Assembly (NCBI GenBank): GCA_048938025.1 | Contig: JBHLMP010000033.1 | Coordinates: forward strand, 1-43,082 | Direction of reading: 5' to 3' | DNA from: Promethearchaeota archaeon | Lineage (GTDB): Archaea; Asgardarchaeota; Lokiarchaeia; Sigyniarchaeales; SOKP01 | DNA: 43,082 nucleotides | In this document: positions 38,154 through 43,082 of the stretch, in pieces | How the letters are laid out: every line of letters starts with the position of its first letter | How positions within the stretch are numbered: the stretch's first letter is position 1 | Program-made: the position numbers and the translations under genes | Notes under the pieces: generated by a model | Told to the model about the DNA's origin: nothing | Seen by the model: the letters and a program-made list of their open reading frames with translations, nothing else | The model's database searches: none

Positions 38154-38849
38154 ACGGCTAATAAAAAAAATGCTATTGATCATGAATTTGTAATTTTAGA
38201 ATGCATTAGGGATAACCCTGGAGGAGTTACAGCTTCAGATATAGCTAAAATTACAAAATTCTCAAGAAATACTGTTTCTAAATATGTTCTAAGCCTTGAG
38301 GTTACAAATCAAATATTTAGTAAAAAAATTGGTGCTTACAAGTTATATTTTGCAGTGGAAAAGAGGTATATTCCGTCCGAAACCGCTATTTCATACTACA
38401 AAGCACTTTTATCAAAAATTAAAAAATATTTCCCAGATGAAGAGGAATTGGCAAAAAAAATAGGAAGAGAGGCGGTAAAAGATATAAAATTTACGTTTGG
38501 ACCCAGCATTTATAAACAATTAAAAAGCATAAAAGATCATCCCATTTCAAGAATACATTTAGAAAGTTTCAAGAGCTTTTACTCTGCTTATGATATTTTT
38601 CAACCCAATATTGATATTTCAATTTTAAAAATAGATCCCGAAGGTAAAAAAGCAACTTATAGATTTAAAAATTCTGTCTTTTTAGAAAATTCAGATGACT
38701 ACATATACCATATTCATATTATGTGTGGAATTAGTGAGGGAATTCTTAATAGAGTATTAAAAACAGAAGTATCATGTGAAATTGAGCAAATTTTTATTTC
38801 TGATGATAAAGAGGAATCTTTTTTTGATGTTACCATTAAAATAAAATAA
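38154..38849 (+). CDS. wHTH regulator with V4R/HNOB-like C-terminal domain; apparent non-AUG (ACG) start
   Basis: 67 codons upstream of the GTG at 38355 are open and encode ILECIRDNPGGVTASDIAKITKFSRNTVSKYVLSLE...KKIGAYKLY. Confidence 0.75.
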   Translation, partial: TANKKNAIDHEFVILECIRDNPGGVTASDIAKITKFSRNTVSKYVLSLEVTNQIFSKKIGAYKLYFAVEKRYIPSETAISYYKALLSKIKKYFPDEEELAKKIGREAVKDIKFTFGPSIYKQLKSIKDHPISRIHLESFKSFYSAYDIFQPNIDISILKIDPEGKKATYRFKNSVFLENSDDYIYHIHIMCGISEGILNRVLKTEVSCEIEQIFISDDKEESFFDVTIKIK

Positions 38850-38887
38850 ATTTTCAGTAAGATGAAAATTAAACGATATTTTTAATA

Positions 38888-39568
38888 TTACTTTATAGTT
38901 GTACCACAATCTGGACAAATTTTTGTTTTAGCTGGTAATTCAGCACCACATGCAAAGCAAATTACTTTATTACTATCTTTAGGTTGTTCAAGTTCAATTT
39001 TACCTTGATTTTGAGTTTGGCTATTTTCTCCTTTTTTTGGTGTAAAAATACTCATATCAATATCCTTTTTTAAGACTTTTTTCACATAGTTATTATCATG
39101 GGGAGTAATTATTTTAAAATCCTTTTTAGTTTGAATTTCTTTAAACCCATTAGGGATATTCTTGAGTTCAGAATCTTCGATAAATTTCACATCCTTTGAT
39201 TCAATTGCGTTGCTTTCCTTCTCGTCATCAGTTAAAAAATCTTCACTATAAGATTCTTCAGAACTTACAGCATCAATTGTTTCTTGATCTGGAGTCTCCT
39301 CTACTCTAGGTTCAATCTCCTCACCTGATACATCCTCTATGATTTTTCCTGATTTTAGATTTTTTATATGTTGAACTAATCCTTCAGTTTTCTTGATAAG
39401 CATATTTTTAAAAGTAAAATCTAAATTTCGGGATTTTGAAAATCTGAGAGTCATTTCAGATATCTCTACCCATACTTTTATAGCAGCAGTTATCTCATTA
39501 CTTTTTTCAAGACTCTTTGCTAATGCTATTTTAGTACCAAGCTCTTTATTAAATTTCGCAATATCCAT
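38888..39568 (-). CDS. MIT-like N-terminal domain, acidic linker, C-terminal zinc ribbon
   Basis: IALAKSLEKSNEITAAIKVW...KTEGLVQHIKNLK; CFACG...CPDCG. Confidence 0.7.
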   Translation of the reverse strand: MDIAKFNKELGTKIALAKSLEKSNEITAAIKVWVEISEMTLRFSKSRNLDFTFKNMLIKKTEGLVQHIKNLKSGKIIEDVSGEEIEPRVEETPDQETIDAVSSEESYSEDFLTDDEKESNAIESKDVKFIEDSELKNIPNGFKEIQTKKDFKIITPHDNNYVKKVLKKDIDMSIFTPKKGENSQTQNQGKIELEQPKDSNKVICFACGAELPAKTKICPDCGTTIK

Positions 39569-39726
39569 TATGGAATCTCTCTTTTATTCTATAAAACACA
39601 AAATTAACAAATAAATTCTTCTTATTAAATCTTTATCTGATTATAATACAAAAATTCAAATTTAAAATCCCTATTAGATTATTAAGAATACTTTCTAACC
39701 ATACTAAAATGTCTAGATACTATTAA

Positions 39727-41622
39727 TTGATTATGTCAATAAGACCATTTTCTTCAAATGAAATACAAAAATTAATGGAATTTATTCAAAAAAATGGATG
39801 GAATCTAGAAGGTATTATTGAAAACTTCTTCCGATACAGTCTAAAGAAAAAGAAATTAGTTTTATTCACTATAAAATTTCCAGTCACTTTACCCTTAAGG
39901 ATTAACGTTCCATTTGAAATTGTTAGTTTTCGTATTTCTCTTGCGTTCCAATTATGGGATTTAAATCAATATATTTATAACACAATTCTTTATTTAATGA
40001 AAGCATTAAGGAATCTAACTTTATCCTTGACTATGGAACATAAATTTCCAATTGAGGGAAAACAACAACAAGTTATAGATTTATTAAATTTAATCTTACC
40101 TGAACTAATAACTAATGAAAATGAGAATACATGGCTAAACCGAATTCGGATCTCATTAATGAGTAAAAGAGATCAATTAAAAGATTTTAAACCTGATAAA
40201 TATAAGAGTTTAGTTGAAATTTTAAGAAATTTAGGATTAGAACCTACTTTCAAGCAGCCTTGGGAATTAAGAAAGGGTGTTCCTAAAATTAGAACATCTG
40301 AGACTTTATTTTTTTCAAATGAAGAAGATTTTGATGAATTTTTTATATTGGAAAAGGGATATTATACTTATTTTAAAGATATTGCATATAATAAATTCTA
40401 TATAAGAAGTGCTTTTGATAGTTATACACCTTATATTTTAAATGATTTATTTAATGATATTCCTGATTTCAAATTAGAATTGTTTATTGAAAATTGGATC
40501 AAATTTTCTAGAATAATTCTCAATTCTATATTAGAAATTCTATCACAGGGAAATTTAAATCAACATGAATTTATACAATTCAGGCCTGAGAAAGAATTGA
40601 TTGATAATATTGAAAATTTTATTTCAGAACAGAACAATTTTCCATTTTCTGCCTTACGCTATGAAGGCTTTATAGCAAAAGAGGTATTTCCTATTCATAC
40701 TGACTTATTAAATAAACCTCCTACTAATTTTGAAGTAATAGAAACCATGAATCATTATACAGCAGCAGAGGAATTAATAAAAAACTATCGATTTGAAGAA
40801 GCTGCTAATATTCTCAATGAATCTCTTAAAGTTTTTAATAAAAATCAACAAAAAAAGATTGTTGTTTCAATCTTGTTGAAATTAAGAAAAATAGCAATTC
40901 TATTAGATCAAAGAGATGCAGCTCTCAATTATTTACAAAATGCTCTTGGAGTTGCTAAATCAGGAGAAGTCCCTATAGAATATATAATTAAAATCCACTA
41001 TAAATTAGGAAAAACACATTATAGAAGGAAGGATTTTGAAAAATCTTTAAATCATTTTAAAATTATAATTAATTTCTTGAAAAGTGAAGATGTCACTCTA
41101 AATAAAGAAGAATATATAGGTATGTCCTATCTTTATATTGGATTAATTAATTCAGAGCAAAATAATATTGTTGAATCCAAAACTAACTTTAAAAAAGTAA
41201 TAGAATTGAGTCATAAATCAAATAAAATTAAATTAAAATATTACCTCCTTCGTGCAATTCAATTAAAGAACAGAAAAAATTTATCTCAAGCTCAAAAATT
41301 ATTGAGAGTCGCTATTAACGATGTTGGATTTGATTTTGGTGATGATAGTTATCGGAATATTTTAATAGACCTAATTCTTGAATTAGCTGAATTTTATATT
41401 CATTATAGAAAAGATTCAAAAAAGGCATTCTATTTGTTGAATAAAATGCAAAATCATCTTTCTTTTAAGGAAGTAAACAATATACGTAGATCAGTTCGCT
41501 GGAACTTGTTAATGAGTGATTATTATAATATTATTGCTAAGGACAGCAAAAATTCTCAATTTTATATAAAACAGAGCCAGAAACTTAAAGCTCAATTAAG
41601 AACAATAGGAATAATAGAATAA
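39727..41622 (+). CDS. Protein with C-terminal TPR repeats
   Basis: HYKLGKTHYRRKDFEKSLNHF, SYLYIGLI TPR patterns; start likely ATG 39733. Confidence 0.78.
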   Translation: MIMSIRPFSSNEIQKLMEFIQKNGWNLEGIIENFFRYSLKKKKLVLFTIKFPVTLPLRINVPFEIVSFRISLAFQLWDLNQYIYNTILYLMKALRNLTLSLTMEHKFPIEGKQQQVIDLLNLILPELITNENENTWLNRIRISLMSKRDQLKDFKPDKYKSLVEILRNLGLEPTFKQPWELRKGVPKIRTSETLFFSNEEDFDEFFILEKGYYTYFKDIAYNKFYIRSAFDSYTPYILNDLFNDIPDFKLELFIENWIKFSRIILNSILEILSQGNLNQHEFIQFRPEKELIDNIENFISEQNNFPFSALRYEGFIAKEVFPIHTDLLNKPPTNFEVIETMNHYTAAEELIKNYRFEEAANILNESLKVFNKNQQKKIVVSILLKLRKIAILLDQRDAALNYLQNALGVAKSGEVPIEYIIKIHYKLGKTHYRRKDFEKSLNHFKIIINFLKSEDVTLNKEEYIGMSYLYIGLINSEQNNIVESKTNFKKVIELSHKSNKIKLKYYLLRAIQLKNRKNLSQAQKLLRVAINDVGFDFGDDSYRNILIDLILELAEFYIHYRKDSKKAFYLLNKMQNHLSFKEVNNIRRSVRWNLLMSDYYNIIAKDSKNSQFYIKQSQKLKAQLRTIGIIE

Positions 41623-41627
41623 TAAGA

Positions 41628-41831
41628 TTAACGTTTGTAGGAGGCGCGTTTTGCCCCAAGACTATCTTTTTGACCCCCAAAACGACCATTTATAAATCTA
41701 TCAGCATATAACTCTCTAAATCGCATCCTTGGAGATTTCTTCTTTTTTGCATTTACTCCTGATCGCTCAATTTTCGGAGTCTGCATTTTAACTTTTCCGG
41801 CTTTTGTTAATGAACCATGAGAACCTGGCAT
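41628..41831 (-). CDS. rps30e: Ribosomal protein eS30
   Basis: SHGSLTKAGKVKMQTPKI. Confidence 0.95.
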   Translation of the reverse strand: MPGSHGSLTKAGKVKMQTPKIERSGVNAKKKKSPRMRFRELYADRFINGRFGGQKDSLGAKRASYKR

Positions 41832-42020
41832 TATTATTAAACTCCTTTATTTTAAGTTTTATATGATTTATACTATAATATAATCAATTAATTCAAACTC
41901 TTAAATTTTATCATTTTTAATAAAAAATCTAAAGATCGGACTCCAAATTCTTTATTATTTCATCTAAAATTTATTATTTGTAATAAAATTCTATTTTAAA
42001 TTAAAAATTGGGAAACCTCT

Positions 42021-42182
42021 ATGTCTAACAAAGAAAAAAACCAAGAAAATGATACCTCTGAAAAAAAAGAAGAAAAAATTTTATATGGGGTTCATGATAA
42101 TGTTTGTTTTGCATGTGGAGAAAAGATTAAATGGAACACTATAGTATGTCCTTATTGTAAAACTAAAATTAAATTAGGATGA
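42021..42182 (+). CDS. 53-aa zinc-ribbon protein (not in ORF track)
   Basis: MSNKEKNQENDTSEKKEEKILYGVHDNVCFACGEKIKWNTIVCPYCKTKIKLG*. Confidence 0.75.
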   Translation: MSNKEKNQENDTSEKKEEKILYGVHDNVCFACGEKIKWNTIVCPYCKTKIKLG

Positions 42183-42198
42183 AACTAAATACGTTATT

Positions 42199-42693
42199 AT
42201 GACCCATCGAAATATTCGAAGAAAGCAACTTATTAGTATATGGGTTTTGGTTATTGTCATATTTACTGTTTTATCCGTTGTTTTATCGCTTGTACTTGAT
42301 TCATATATATGGTGGATCTTAATACCGATTGCATTTCTTTTAATTGCTACATTTCAAGCTATGTCTCACTTTTTTTGGCTCGCTGAAAAAGTTTGCCCTA
42401 GATGTAATGTTCCAACAACAATATATTCAGAATTCTGCAGAAATTGCGGATTAAAATTGCTACATAGATGTCCTTCATGTGGGAAATACTTAAGCACTGA
42501 AAAGCAATTCTGTGATAGTTGTGGGTATGAATTTAAATATATTGAGGAAGAAAAAGAACCTTTTAAATATGAAGTACAAGAAGAGGGTGCTCCTGCACCT
42601 CAAAAGCCAAATTTTTGCACTACATGTGGTGCTAGAATAAAAACTGAAGAAGACATTAAATATTGTGAAATGTGTGGAGCAAAAATCGAATAA
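42199..42693 (+). CDS. Membrane-anchored multi zinc-ribbon (DZR) protein
   Basis: Two TMs then six CxxC pairs. Confidence 0.8.
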   Translation: MTHRNIRRKQLISIWVLVIVIFTVLSVVLSLVLDSYIWWILIPIAFLLIATFQAMSHFFWLAEKVCPRCNVPTTIYSEFCRNCGLKLLHRCPSCGKYLSTEKQFCDSCGYEFKYIEEEKEPFKYEVQEEGAPAPQKPNFCTTCGARIKTEEDIKYCEMCGAKIE

Positions 42694-42704
42694 ATATCTC
42701 TCTT

Positions 42705-43082
42705 TTAATCAATTTTTTTATTCCCAAATAAAAATGATAACCCAATCCATAAAACTAGATAAATTAAATAATTTCTTGCAAAAATTGATAATACTTCTCT
42801 ATAATAGGCTAATTTTAAGAAATATACAGAAAATAACCAAATTGTATTCAAAAGAATAACAAATGGCGCGAATTTCTGCCTTAATGTTGCTCTCTTTTTC
42901 CATAATAAATAAATATCAAGTATAACAGGAATTAAATGAATATAGTCCCAGAAAAGAAATATAAAAAAAAATTCATAGGATACAATCATTCCTAATGGTA
43001 TTATTGAATAAATTAAGAAATTATTTAAATATGGATTATCATGGTAAATCAGCCATGCTATTGAAAGAGAGAAATACCACTG
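42705..43082 (-). CDS. Membrane protein, 5'-partial
   Basis: Frame of ORF 42705-42989 stays open to the right edge (QWYFSLSIAWLIYHDNPYLNNFLIYSIIPLGMIV...). Confidence 0.7.
   Translation of the reverse strand, partial: QWYFSLSIAWLIYHDNPYLNNFLIYSIIPLGMIVSYEFFFIFLFWDYIHLIPVILDIYLLWKKRATLRQKFAPFVILLNTIWLFSVYFLKLAYYREVLSIFARNYLIYLVLWIGLSFLFGNKKID

Noticed and set aside
4989-39614. Short antisense or overlapping ORFs in the track (4989, 6485, 10085, 10756, 11194, 12403, 15155-15911, 23186, 23936, 31635, 32894, 34919, 36729-37418, 39393; also 42665)
   Set aside because: Shadows of longer well-supported genes with no recognisable motifs.
42177-42188. GGA-TGA-AAC-TAA as a C-terminal G-U-N selenoprotein end
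   Set aside because: No AUGA/AA/GA SECIS like those of selD seen downstream; TGA is most simply the stop.
1-43082. tRNA/rRNA genes, transposases, integrases
   Set aside because: No GC-rich structured RNA blocks or recombinase motifs recognised.

Overview
Very AT-rich archaeal chromosome segment with a gene set typical of Asgard archaea (Lokiarchaeia-like, inferred from gene content): two-domain gelsolin, RING-finger proteins, proteasome beta subunit, archaeal histone, eS30, NOG1 GTPase, methanofuran genes (mfnF/mfnE), a CD36-family membrane protein and a HEAT/adaptin-like giant protein. Signals the ORF track misses: (1) two tandem selD paralogues, each with an in-frame UGA at codon 18 and a 72-nt eukaryote-type SECIS starting right after the stop codon, both with an extra GNRA hairpin; (2) a ~2.2-kb islet carrying a hypervariable DUF285/BspA repeat surface protein, bracketed by a ~150-bp direct repeat containing the 3' end of the histone gene; (3) a degenerate 180-bp-period non-coding tandem repeat upstream of the histone gene; (4) a wHTH regulator that seems to start at ACG; (5) a TPR-RING ORF at the left edge and a 53-aa zinc-ribbon ORF. 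All family calls come from manual motif recognition; no searches were run.
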